Origin: Pseudomonadota bacterium
GTDB lineage: Bacteria; Pseudomonadota; Alphaproteobacteria; Sphingomonadales; Sphingomonadaceae
NCBI GenBank assembly: GCA_039027455.1
Contig: JBCCKJ010000001.1
Location: 1 to 39,469, forward strand
Reading direction: 5' to 3'
Length of the DNA stretch: 39,469 nucleotides
A program made the translations under genes and the position numbers. Each line of letters begins with the position of its first letter. The first letter of the stretch is position 1. A model generated the notes under the pieces. It saw only the letters and a list, made by a program, of their open reading frames with translations. It made no database searches and had not been told where the DNA came from. Shown piece by piece: positions 17,699-26,524 of the stretch.

Positions 17699-18244
17699 AT
17701 GGAGCGGACTGTGATCACGCCAGCCAGCTTTGACGGTGTGGCCTTGGATGAGCTGAAAGCCTGGCTAGGCATCAGCCGGACGGGCGAAGACGCGCTGTTG
17801 ACCGATCTCCTGGCCGCGAGCGCCGCGATGTGCGAAGCCTTCACCGGGCAAACCTCGATAGAACAGACCGTCGAGGAGACGGTGCCCGCCCTTCCAACGC
17901 CGCAGCCGCTGTCCACCCGCCCCATCCAGTCGATCGCAAGCGCCGAGAGCGTGTCGAGCGATGGAACGCGATCTCCCCTCGATTTGGCCGAGCTCGATAT
18001 CGAGTTTGATCCCAACCGCGCGATGTGCATCGCGCCAATCGCTAGCGTCGACGCCAAATCCATCGCTCTTACGGTGCGCGCCGGCCTCGCCCCTGATTGG
18101 ACCTCGTTGCCCAAGCCGCTCAAGCAAGGGATCATCCGGCTTGCCGCTTTTCACTATCGCGACCGCGAGAGCGGCGATGGCGGGCCGCCTCCTGCGAGTG
18201 TTGCGGCTTTGTGGCGTCCCTGGCGTGTGATGCGCCTCGCATGA
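17699..18244 (+). CDS. Head-tail connector/adaptor (RcGTA g6-like)
   Basis: LDELKAWL.I....ED.LL..LL...CE.FTG; W..LP..L.QGI.RLAA..Y; PPASVAALWRPWR. Confidence 0.88.
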   Translation: MERTVITPASFDGVALDELKAWLGISRTGEDALLTDLLAASAAMCEAFTGQTSIEQTVEETVPALPTPQPLSTRPIQSIASAESVSSDGTRSPLDLAELDIEFDPNRAMCIAPIASVDAKSIALTVRAGLAPDWTSLPKPLKQGIIRLAAFHYRDRESGDGGPPPASVAALWRPWRVMRLA

Positions 18245-18408
18245 TCCGCGCGCAGCTTCCAAACCAGTTTGGCAAGCTCATTCGCCAGCTCAGCAGGGAG
18301 GCGAAAAGGCAGTCAGAAGCTCACGCACGGCAGACTCCGCGCCACACCGTCGGCCATCCTTGGCGCAGCCCCGCTTCCCTATGGCCCGATATGTTTGAGG
18401 ATTATTGA
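18241..18408 (+). CDS. Small hypothetical protein (55 aa) at the position of the head-closure gene
   Basis: ATGA overlap with the adaptor stop and abuts the next gene; MIRAQLPNQF...WRSPASLWPDMFEDY. Confidence 0.55.
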   Translation: MIRAQLPNQFGKLIRQLSREAKRQSEAHARQTPRHTVGHPWRSPASLWPDMFEDY

Positions 18409-18410
18409 AC

Positions 18411-18806
18411 ATGGAAAACCGTTTGCGCGCCGATCTGATTACATGGCTGCGCAATGATCCCGCTTTGTCGGAGATCAACGCCATGGAAGAAGAGAGCCCC
18501 CTGTCGGCCTCGCCCCCTTGGTTGGGCCTTTCAGCCACTGGTTCCACAGATTGGGGCACGAAGGATCGAAGAGGACGTGAAGTTCGGATCGCGCTCGAAC
18601 TCGAGACCCGAACCGATGAGACAGAGGCGGACGCCCACCTCCTCTACGCAATCGAGCAACGCGTCCTCGACCTGCCACCTTTCGGCACCGATTACGAACT
18701 GGCCTCAGTGCGGTTTTTGCGCGCGCGCAGCGAGCAACGTGAAAACAATCGGCGCGGGGCGCTACTCGAATTCCGCTTTCGCCTTTTCCACTCATTCATG
18801 GAGTAA
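18411..18806 (+). CDS. Tail terminator/completion protein (DUF3168-like)
   Basis: L..DPAL, PPW..L, DWGTKD..GREVR; position before the tail tube; ATG 18411 after GAGGA. Confidence 0.8.
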   Translation: MENRLRADLITWLRNDPALSEINAMEEESPLSASPPWLGLSATGSTDWGTKDRRGREVRIALELETRTDETEADAHLLYAIEQRVLDLPPFGTDYELASVRFLRARSEQRENNRRGALLEFRFRLFHSFME

Positions 18807-18812
18807 TGTACA

Positions 18813-19220
18813 ATGCCAGCACAAAGCGGCGCAGCCTTTCTGTTGAAGATCGGGAACGGCGGAAATCCGGTCGCCTACGAAACGGTCGCCGGGCTCAGAA
18901 CCACCCAAATGAGCGTGAATGGCGATCCGGTGGTTGTCACCCACAAAGAATCCGGCGGTTGGCGAGATCTGTTGTCAGGAGCGGGCACGCGCTCCGTATC
19001 CGTGAGCGCCTCCGGGATCTTTTTGGGTGGCACCGCTGAAAGCTCGGTTCGAGCGCACGCGCTCGCCGGCACGATCGACGATTACGAATTGTCGTTTGAA
19101 GACGGCGAACGCCTTCAAGGCCGATTTCTCGTTCAGAGGTTGGACTATTCGGGCGATTTCAATGGGGAGCGCACCTATTCGGTGCAGCTCGAGAGCTCGG
19201 GCGCGGTACTATCCCTATGA
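18813..19220 (+). CDS. Major tail tube protein, TP901-1 family
   Basis: AQSG..FLLKI, TVAGLRT, SGGWR.LLSGAG.RSVSVS.SGIF, GE.TY...LESSG. Confidence 0.93.
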   Translation: MPAQSGAAFLLKIGNGGNPVAYETVAGLRTTQMSVNGDPVVVTHKESGGWRDLLSGAGTRSVSVSASGIFLGGTAESSVRAHALAGTIDDYELSFEDGERLQGRFLVQRLDYSGDFNGERTYSVQLESSGAVLSL

Positions 19221-19531
19221 GCCGACCCGCTAACGCTTTGCGCGGCGAAACCAGCTTACCCATCGGAGGTCGCGAATTCACCCTTCGCCCGAGCTTTGAA
19301 AATCTCGTGGCCGCGGAAGAAGAGCTTGGTTCTTTGTTCTCGCTGGTCGAGCGCGCCGCAGAAGGAGCCCTTTCTTTGAACGAGATAACGGCCCTCTTTT
19401 GGCATTGTCTTCCGCATCAGGATCGGCCCGAGCGCGAAAGCGTAGGGCAGGCGGTTCTTTCCCTTGGCTTGGTGAAGGCTACAGAACCCGTCCGCGCGAT
19501 CCTTGCCCAAGCTCTACAGGGCGACGCGTGA
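19217..19531 (+). CDS. GTA gp10-like tail assembly chaperone
   Basis: AN.LRGE, LRPSF..L..AE.ELG.L..LVER. Confidence 0.85.
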   Translation: MSRPANALRGETSLPIGGREFTLRPSFENLVAAEEELGSLFSLVERAAEGALSLNEITALFWHCLPHQDRPERESVGQAVLSLGLVKATEPVRAILAQALQGDA

Positions 19532-19725
19532 GCTTTCGCCAAAAAGCGCCACGCTGGTGTTGGTTCGCTACCCATGCGCTTGGGTGGAGGCCCGAAGAAT
19601 TTTGGCGATCGACGCCGAGCGAACTGGCGTGCGCCTTGCGCGATCCCTTCGAAGCGAGTGGCGACGCGATCCCCAGTCGGGACCTTATTCAATCCATGAT
19701 GGAGCGCGATTCCAATGGAAGATAA
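19528..19725 (+). CDS. Small phage tail assembly chaperone (g10.1-like)
   Basis: LGWRPEEFWRSTPSEL motif; GTG start overlaps the gp10 stop. Confidence 0.85.
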   Translation: MSFRQKAPRWCWFATHALGWRPEEFWRSTPSELACALRDPFEASGDAIPSRDLIQSMMERDSNGR

Positions 19726-20287
19726 CTTTGACGAGCTCGTTATCGATGTGCGCGCCAACACTCAGAAGTTCGCCGCAGATATGGAATCCGTCCGCAGTGT
19801 TGTCGATGTGTCGCTCATAGATGGAATCGATAGAGCTGGCGCGACCATCGAACGCAGTCTTCTGTCCGCTCTACGCAAGGGCTCGCTCGGTTTCGAAGAC
19901 CTCAAGAATGTGGCCGTCCGTTCGCTGGATGCCATCGCGGCGCAAGCTCTCACCATCGGATTGGACAGTCTGGTCGGCAATCAGTCCGGTGGCATCGGTG
20001 GGTTTTTGGGCAAGACCTTCGGAGCCTTGTTGGGTCTGCCTGGCCGGGCGACCGGCGGCGATGTGTCGCCGGGCCGCGCTTATCTTGTGGGGGAGTCCGG
20101 TCCGGAACTTTTCATGCCAACGAGCGCAGGGCGTGTTGAAAGCAACCGAGCCCTTTCCGGACAAGGACGCGACGTGCGCGTCGCTATCAACCTGTCCACT
20201 CCTCGAGGAACGAGCGCCCCCGTCGCGATGCAGCGATCCTCGCGGCAAGTGGCAAGCGCCATTCGGCAAGCGCTGATCGACAGCTAA
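19715..20287 (+). CDS. Short tail tape measure protein
   Basis: Helical N-terminus, RATGG.V...YLVGE.GPELF.P motif, RS..QVA C-terminus; 190 aa. Confidence 0.88.
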   Translation: MEDNFDELVIDVRANTQKFAADMESVRSVVDVSLIDGIDRAGATIERSLLSALRKGSLGFEDLKNVAVRSLDAIAAQALTIGLDSLVGNQSGGIGGFLGKTFGALLGLPGRATGGDVSPGRAYLVGESGPELFMPTSAGRVESNRALSGQGRDVRVAINLSTPRGTSAPVAMQRSSRQVASAIRQALIDS

Positions 20288-20304
20288 TCCAGGAAGAAGA
20301 GCTC

Positions 20305-22635
20305 ATGAGCTATTGGCTGGCCTCCCGTCGGGAGGCGCAGGAATCCAGCTATATCCAGCGCTTTGATCCGCGCTTTTGGACGGTCGACTTTCCTCGGCCA
20401 GCGATGGCTTCGGTGATCACCACGGGCCCTGACTCGCTGCAAGTCGATGTCGAACTGCATAACAAAGGAGAGCTGGTTGGTCTGATCTGGAGCAGCGTCG
20501 ATGATCTGGATCACCCGCTACTCGCCTATGAAACGGATCGCGATTATTCGTACACGACGCTAAGCTTCCGCTGGCAGTCCCAAGGCGTCATTCCCCTTGA
20601 TGCGGTAAACGGACCCACTCTTACAATCGAGGGCTATGACGCATCCGACCAGCCGCGAACCTGGTTTTTGCGGCTTTGGAACTACGCGGATGGATCGCCA
20701 AACAACGCATTAGTAAGTCTGCCGTTCTCCAATCTGGAGGCCGGTTTCACTCTGCCTGGAGAGCAAGTTAATCCCACTCGCATTGACCGGATGTTCATCT
20801 CGCTTGTCGCGCCTGAATTTGAAGCGGGATCGAATGATCCCTTACCGCAGCGTGTTAACGGCCGGGTGTCTCTGACTCAGATCAACGCCGATGGCGGTCG
20901 GGCCATGGTCGAGATTGGCGACGTGCGCTTGCCTGTGCACGGAGAACGGATCGCGACCGCTTATGACGACGCTTACAACCAGACGCCCGCGCGTCTTTTG
21001 AGAAATGTCATCGGGCTCGGCTATAGGGAAGACCTCGTCCACTATGTCGGCATGAGCCATTATATGCGGCTGGAGCGGCAGCCCGATGATGCCTTGCTGG
21101 TCAGCGCGTCAGCGGATCTGTGCGAGCCATGCGCGCAATGGCACCAGAACTATTTTGAACATTGCTTCGCAAACGATCTCGAAGCGATTGCCTCCATCTC
21201 CTACGAACTGTTTAACGCCTATTGTCCGGAAGCCTGGAAGCAACGCACGGCAAGCGGCGCGCCAGCGCTTACCGGTTGGGTGCCCCCCTCAACGCTTCTC
21301 TCTCCCGCCAACTCAGAAGCCATGGGATGGCTTCAAGCGAGCGCCGCGCGGTTTGTCGTCCAGCTGCAAAACGCGGGTCTCCCCGTCCGCATGCAGATCG
21401 GCGAGCCATGGTGGTGGACGACTTTCGACACCTTTGAAATTTGCCTCTACGACGACGCAGCGCGCGCCGAGTTCGGCGGATCAGCGCCCATCATCGATGA
21501 CATGCGCGCGCCCTTGGACTCCGATCAAATCAACCTTTTGGATCAGGCTGGGACCGTCTTGGCGCAGTCTACGGCGGATCTGACCGCCGCGATGCGGTCT
21601 GCGAGCGCAGGGCCTTCCGAAGTCCTACTGCTCGCTTTTACGCCGACCATCCTCGATACACAGACACCCGAAGCCTATCGGGCCAACCTCCCCAGCGGCT
21701 GGGCGCGACCCGCCTTCGATCGTTTGCAGCTTGAGGACTATGATTGGTTGACCAGTGGCCAAGACGCTGCTCGCCGCAAAGCGTATACGTTTGTCGACTC
21801 CCGTCTGGGCTATCCCGTTTCGGAGCAGGATTACTTCGCTGGCTTCGTCCTTCTGGCGGACGACGCGGAGAGCTTTTGGGCGCGGATTGACGCGGGCATC
21901 AACGAAGCCGCCGCTCGCGGCGTTCCGCGCCGATATGTCTGGGCGCTGCCTCAAATTACCCGGGATGGATACACCAGGCTCCCGACAATCGAGGATACCG
22001 CCATGCAGGCTTTCGACGATGTGCTTTATCCCTTTGCTCTGGGTCGCAACACCGCCGTTGCACCAGAGTTCTCCACCACGATCACCGTAACGACATCAGG
22101 CCATGAGAGACGCAATTCGCTGTGGTCTGACGCACGTGTCAACTTTGACGTTGGGCCCGGCATTCGATCCGAGGCCGAGCTATCGGAGCTGATTGCGTTT
22201 TTCCGCGCTCGCCGGGGCCCGGCAAGAGGCTTTCGCATCAGCGATCCGTTCGACTTCAGCTCAAACCAAATGACTGGCACTCCCACCATGACGGACCAAT
22301 TGCTCGGAATTGGAGACGGGGGGCGAGCGGATTTTCAGCTGATCAAATCCTATGGACCCAGTGACGAACCTCAGATCCGCCCCATTACGCGTCCGAGAGC
22401 AAATACGCTTTTGGTGAGTGTTAGCGGGCTTCCGGAAACGGGATTTAGCCTTTCGGATTCCGGGATGCTCACATTCGATAGCGCCCCAAATTCGGGCGCT
22501 GAAGTGCGCGCGGGCTTTCTGTTCGATGTCCCCGTCCGCTTCGCCGAGGATCGCATCGACATATCGGGGGTCAACTTCTCGGCCGGAGAGGTGCCGAGTA
22601 TACCCCTGATCGAACTGCGCGAAACCAGCGCATGA
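20305..22635 (+). CDS. Distal tail protein (DUF2460/TIGR02217) fused to a 566-aa N-terminal extension
   Basis: C-terminal 210 aa: FDDV.YP, PEFST......SGHERRN..W, FFRARRG...GFR..DP.D, FQL.K.Y, AGF.FDVPVRF; N-terminal region aromatic- and acid-rich. Confidence 0.88.
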   Translation: MSYWLASRREAQESSYIQRFDPRFWTVDFPRPAMASVITTGPDSLQVDVELHNKGELVGLIWSSVDDLDHPLLAYETDRDYSYTTLSFRWQSQGVIPLDAVNGPTLTIEGYDASDQPRTWFLRLWNYADGSPNNALVSLPFSNLEAGFTLPGEQVNPTRIDRMFISLVAPEFEAGSNDPLPQRVNGRVSLTQINADGGRAMVEIGDVRLPVHGERIATAYDDAYNQTPARLLRNVIGLGYREDLVHYVGMSHYMRLERQPDDALLVSASADLCEPCAQWHQNYFEHCFANDLEAIASISYELFNAYCPEAWKQRTASGAPALTGWVPPSTLLSPANSEAMGWLQASAARFVVQLQNAGLPVRMQIGEPWWWTTFDTFEICLYDDAARAEFGGSAPIIDDMRAPLDSDQINLLDQAGTVLAQSTADLTAAMRSASAGPSEVLLLAFTPTILDTQTPEAYRANLPSGWARPAFDRLQLEDYDWLTSGQDAARRKAYTFVDSRLGYPVSEQDYFAGFVLLADDAESFWARIDAGINEAAARGVPRRYVWALPQITRDGYTRLPTIEDTAMQAFDDVLYPFALGRNTAVAPEFSTTITVTTSGHERRNSLWSDARVNFDVGPGIRSEAELSELIAFFRARRGPARGFRISDPFDFSSNQMTGTPTMTDQLLGIGDGGRADFQLIKSYGPSDEPQIRPITRPRANTLLVSVSGLPETGFSLSDSGMLTFDSAPNSGAEVRAGFLFDVPVRFAEDRIDISGVNFSAGEVPSIPLIELRETSA

Positions 22636-23447
22636 GGGTGTTCTTTGACCGCGATCTCGACACGGTCGCAACCTTTTGGCGCGTCTTTCGCAAAGATGGT
22701 GTGGCGATGGGGTTTACCAGTCACGACCGGGATCTCGCCTTTGAATGTCTACGCCACAAGGCCGCGCCGGGGATGGTTCCGGCGGCGATCCGAATGACCA
22801 CTGAAATCCGCGACGACAGCGCAGAGGTCGAAGGAACGCTGAGCCATGACGCCATCAGCGAACAGGATCTGATGGCAGGGCTTTTTGATGAAGCCACAAT
22901 TCTGATCGGTGCGGTCGACTGGGAAACACTCGAGAACACCGTCCTCTATTCCGGAAGGATGGGGCAAATCCAGCAAGGAACAAGCTGGTTCAGCGCGCAG
23001 CTTAAATCAGCAAAGCATGTACTTGAACAAGACATCACACCGCGCACAAGCCCGACATGTCGTGTCGAATTCTGCGGGCGAGAGTGCGGTTTAGCTGGTG
23101 TGCGGTTTACCACTCCACGAAGATTGCTTGGCGTGAACACCGACGCCAATCAGGTCCTCGTTGAGGGATCGCCGGGGACTGAAGTCATCGATGGTACGAT
23201 CCGTTTTCTAACAGGGTCACAGACTGGGCTGAGATTCGGCATCCTTGACGCGGCCCAAGGCTGGCTCACCCTGGACCGGCCAATCGTTGCCGACACGCCG
23301 ATAGGTGCGCTGACCGAACTGCGCGAGGGGTGCGACCACACTCTGTCGACATGCGCAGGTCGTTTCGACAACGCGCACAACTTTCGCGGCGAACCATATC
23401 TTCCCGGCAACGATCTCCTCACACGATATGGACGCGCTTCGGGATGA
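22632..23447 (+). CDS. Baseplate hub protein (DUF2163/BR0599 family)
   Basis: W...RKDG...GFT.HDRDL, C....CG..C, GCD.....C..RF.N..NFRGEP.LPGND. Confidence 0.9.
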   Translation: MRVFFDRDLDTVATFWRVFRKDGVAMGFTSHDRDLAFECLRHKAAPGMVPAAIRMTTEIRDDSAEVEGTLSHDAISEQDLMAGLFDEATILIGAVDWETLENTVLYSGRMGQIQQGTSWFSAQLKSAKHVLEQDITPRTSPTCRVEFCGRECGLAGVRFTTPRRLLGVNTDANQVLVEGSPGTEVIDGTIRFLTGSQTGLRFGILDAAQGWLTLDRPIVADTPIGALTELREGCDHTLSTCAGRFDNAHNFRGEPYLPGNDLLTRYGRASG

Positions 23448-23848
23448 CCAATGGCGAGCGCTTGGCCGCGGCTGCGCTAAGCTTTGTCGGCGTCCCATTC
23501 AGGCTTCATGGGAGACACGCCTCTACGGGCCTAGACTGCGTAGGGCTCTTGTCAGCCAGTCTTGCCGCTATTGGCAAGGCATCACCCGTTCCGGTTGGCT
23601 ACACCATGCGAAATAGCAACGTGGATCGCTGGCTGCCCTTGGTCAAACTCGCAGGCTTGTTTGAAGGCCAACCACCCATCGAAACTGGCGACATACTGCT
23701 GGCCCACCTCAGCTGTCAGCAGCATCATATCCTGATTGCCGACACTCCCGACAGCGTGGTTCACGCACACGCTGGGCTGCGTAGGGTCGTTCGCGAGGCG
23801 GGGCGAAGCCTTGAAACCATTGAGCGAATTTGGCGGCTAGAGAACTGA
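23444..23848 (+). CDS. NlpC/P60 cell-wall peptidase (GTA g14-like)
   Basis: G.PFRLHGR...GLDC.GL catalytic Cys, GD.LL, H..I, VHAH; ATGA overlap with the hub. Confidence 0.88.
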   Translation: MTNGERLAAAALSFVGVPFRLHGRHASTGLDCVGLLSASLAAIGKASPVPVGYTMRNSNVDRWLPLVKLAGLFEGQPPIETGDILLAHLSCQQHHILIADTPDSVVHAHAGLRRVVREAGRSLETIERIWRLEN

Positions 23849-23866
23849 AAGTCAGAGGAAATCGAT

Positions 23867-26044
23867 ATGGCAACCCTCGTTCTCACCGCGGTTGGAACGG
23901 CGATCGGTGGACCTCTTGGTGGCGCCGTCGGCGCGTTCTTGGGGCAGCAGGTTGACCAATCTCTTTTGGGTTCCGGATCGCGAGAAGGGCCGCGCCTTAA
24001 AGAACTGGCGGTTACAACTTCGAGTTATGGGCAGCCGATCGGCCGCCACTTTGGCCGGATGCGCGTTGCGGGAACTGTGATCTGGGCGACAGAGCTTTCC
24101 GAGACCTCTTCGACGCAGGGTGGCAAGGGCCAACCCAAAACGACGACCTACAGCTATTCGGCAAACTTCGCTGTCGCTTTATCATCCACACCGATCGCTC
24201 GTGTGGGGCGAATCTGGTCCGATGGAAACTTGCTTCGGGGCTCTGGTGGCGACCTTAAAGTTGGCGGCAGTCTTCGGGTCTATCTTGGGCATGGAGACGC
24301 TAAAGCTGATCCCCTGATTGCAGCCGACAAAGGAGCGGAAGCCCCAGCCTTCCGCGATTGCGCGTATGTTGTGTTCGAAGGCTTAGAGCTTGCTGATTTT
24401 GGCAACCGAATCCCCGCGCTGACATTCGAGATTTTCAGCGTTCGCGACACTGAAGTCTCCCTGGCTGACCTCGTTCCCGAGGCCACACTGACCTCAGAGG
24501 AGTCGCCCTTGGCAAACACGCGCGGCTTTGCAGATGAAGGGGGAGCGCTTTCGAACACTCTCTCGGCCATCAATCGGGTCTTTCCACTCGAATGCACGAC
24601 CACCTCAGGAGGTTTGCGGCTGTCGTCGAGCACGGAAATCGCAGAAACACCGATAGTCTTGCCCGAACAGCTTCTTCAGGGTGACAATCAAAGTTCGGAC
24701 GGGAATCACAAGAGCCGCGCCAACACCATCGGCGAAGAACCACTGGCGTTACGGTACTACGATGAACAGCGTGACTATCAGCCTGGGGTCCAAAGAGCGA
24801 TAGGCCGTCGGCCTGCGGGGCGTGAAACACTGGTCGACCTGCCAGCTACGATGACGGCTCAAGGAGCGAAGGTCCTAGCCAATGACAACGCAAATCGAAG
24901 CCGTTGGCTGCATGAACGGATCGTCTGGCGAGTGGGACAACTTGACCCTGAAATAGGTCCCGGAACGGTTGTGCGTATACCTTCCACTCCAGGCATCTGG
25001 CGTGTTCGAACATGGGAATGGTATGATCTCGGTATTGAACTGGGGCTTGAGCGCCTGACACCGGGAGAAGCGTCTTCGACCGGTGCGGATACCGGGACGC
25101 CAGCCCCGCCTAGCGATTTGATCGTCGGCGTCACCCAGTTGGATTGCTTTGAACTCCCGCCTCTGGATACGACCAATCCATCGAGCGAATTGATCTTTGT
25201 TGCTGCATCTTCGGCAAACTCGGCTTGGAGCGGCGCCGCGCTTTACCGTGAGCAAGAAGGCGCTCTCATCCCGATTGGCTCGACGGGCTTGGAACGCGCA
25301 GTTCTAGGCGAATTGACGACGGCTCTAGCGGCCTCATCAGCGCTGTTCTTTGAGCCAAATTCGTCAATGGACATTCAATTGGCGGCGGAAGACTTGACGC
25401 TCTCCGCCACAGATACAATCGGACTTGCCGCGGGAATGAATCGACTCCTCGTGGGTAGCGAGGTTGTCCAATTCACCGGAGCAGTCGCGCTGGGCTCAGG
25501 CCGCTGGAGACTGGAAGGCTTGCTGCGCGGGCGAGCAGGAACAGAAGAGTTTGCGCAAGCAGAACATCCAGCGCTTACTTCGATCGCCCTTATTGGCCCC
25601 GAACTCACAGATTTGTCGACTGCGGGCATCCAGTCCACTCCAAGTCTCTCAATAGCGGCAATCGGTCGCGGCGACACAGAAGCGGTAAGCGCGAGCCTCA
25701 GGAATTTCGGCCTTTCTCGTCGCCCACCGACACCGGTGCATCCAAAGCTGCACTGGCGTGACGACGGCTCAATCGAAGTCTGCTGGACGCGCCGGGTTCG
25801 CGGCCTTTGGCATTGGGAGTACGAAGGCGATGCGCCTCTCGTTGAGGAAAGCGAACGATACCTTCTAGGATACGGTGCGGTGGACACGCCGTCTATCACC
25901 TTCACGACCAACGAACCCGCGTTTGCCTTGAGCGCCTCGGATCTGAGCGGCCTAACGAGCACTTTCGGCAGCGGTGACCTCTGGGTCCGGCAGGTCGGAA
26001 CGTTCCTGAACTCCAACGCGCTTTTTTTGGCGTTCTTGGATTGA
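23867..26044 (+). CDS. Tail tip/megatron-like host-specificity protein (short form)
   Basis: MATLVL...G, EGPRL..L......YG..I....G.MRV.G.VIWA, YSYSANFAVAL, RIW.DG.L, YVVFE.L.L..FGNRIP.LTFE, LLRGR.GTE, W.RR.R. Confidence 0.88.
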   Translation: MATLVLTAVGTAIGGPLGGAVGAFLGQQVDQSLLGSGSREGPRLKELAVTTSSYGQPIGRHFGRMRVAGTVIWATELSETSSTQGGKGQPKTTTYSYSANFAVALSSTPIARVGRIWSDGNLLRGSGGDLKVGGSLRVYLGHGDAKADPLIAADKGAEAPAFRDCAYVVFEGLELADFGNRIPALTFEIFSVRDTEVSLADLVPEATLTSEESPLANTRGFADEGGALSNTLSAINRVFPLECTTTSGGLRLSSSTEIAETPIVLPEQLLQGDNQSSDGNHKSRANTIGEEPLALRYYDEQRDYQPGVQRAIGRRPAGRETLVDLPATMTAQGAKVLANDNANRSRWLHERIVWRVGQLDPEIGPGTVVRIPSTPGIWRVRTWEWYDLGIELGLERLTPGEASSTGADTGTPAPPSDLIVGVTQLDCFELPPLDTTNPSSELIFVAASSANSAWSGAALYREQEGALIPIGSTGLERAVLGELTTALAASSALFFEPNSSMDIQLAAEDLTLSATDTIGLAAGMNRLLVGSEVVQFTGAVALGSGRWRLEGLLRGRAGTEEFAQAEHPALTSIALIGPELTDLSTAGIQSTPSLSIAAIGRGDTEAVSASLRNFGLSRRPPTPVHPKLHWRDDGSIEVCWTRRVRGLWHWEYEGDAPLVEESERYLLGYGAVDTPSITFTTNEPAFALSASDLSGLTSTFGSGDLWVRQVGTFLNSNALFLAFLD

Positions 26045-26062
26045 ATGGCAAAGGAGTAGAAC

Positions 26063-26524
26063 ATGTCACAGCCGATCACCTTCCCCTCAACCACTCCCTA
26101 CGCTGGCCTGCCTTTGCTTTTTTCTGGCCAGTCTCAGAAAGAATTTTTCCTGAATCAGGCGCTCGCGACCATCGACGCGATGCTTATTCGATCGATCAAT
26201 GCATCGCTTTCGCAGCCCCCGGCGGACGCCGCAGAAGGGGAGAGCTACCGTATTCTGGCTGGCGCGACTGATGACTGGGCAAACCAAGATGAGTCAATTG
26301 CGGTCCGCATTGGAGGCGGATGGCATTTCATTAGTCCTCTTGAGGGAATGGAAGTCTACGATAGGTCAGCAGGGCAAAAGCTTGTGTTCAAGGCGGCGTG
26401 GCAAAACGCGACGAGGCCAGAGGAGCCTACAGGGGGAAGCGTCGTAGATGTCGAAGCAAGAGCAGCCATCGCAGACCTGATGAGCGCGCTTGAGACTGCC
26501 GGTTTGCTCTCAGATGGAGCGTAA
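26063..26524 (+). CDS. DUF2793 family protein (GTA-associated)
   Basis: LPLL..GQ.QKE...N.AL..ID, PP....G..Y, W.F..P..G, P.GG..VD.EAR.AI. Confidence 0.85.
   Translation: MSQPITFPSTTPYAGLPLLFSGQSQKEFFLNQALATIDAMLIRSINASLSQPPADAAEGESYRILAGATDDWANQDESIAVRIGGGWHFISPLEGMEVYDRSAGQKLVFKAAWQNATRPEEPTGGSVVDVEARAAIADLMSALETAGLLSDGA

Larger units (their letters stand above)
12552..26524 (+). mobile_element. Gene transfer agent (RcGTA-like) structural gene cluster
   Basis: About 14 kb co-oriented head-tail module in RcGTA gene order, very short tape measure, no integrase, replication or lysis genes, flanked by core genes. Confidence 0.9.

Noticed and set aside
19399-19531. Lambda G/GT-type -1 frameshift between the two tail chaperones
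   Set aside because: The -1 frame is open over the overlap, but I found no X XXY YYZ heptamer in the right phase (TTTCCCT is out of phase; AAAAAG lies after the stop), and the second gene has its own coupled GTG start
12552-26524. Active prophage
   Set aside because: No integrase, repressor, replication or lysis module and no att-like repeats seen; size, gene order and short TMP fit a GTA
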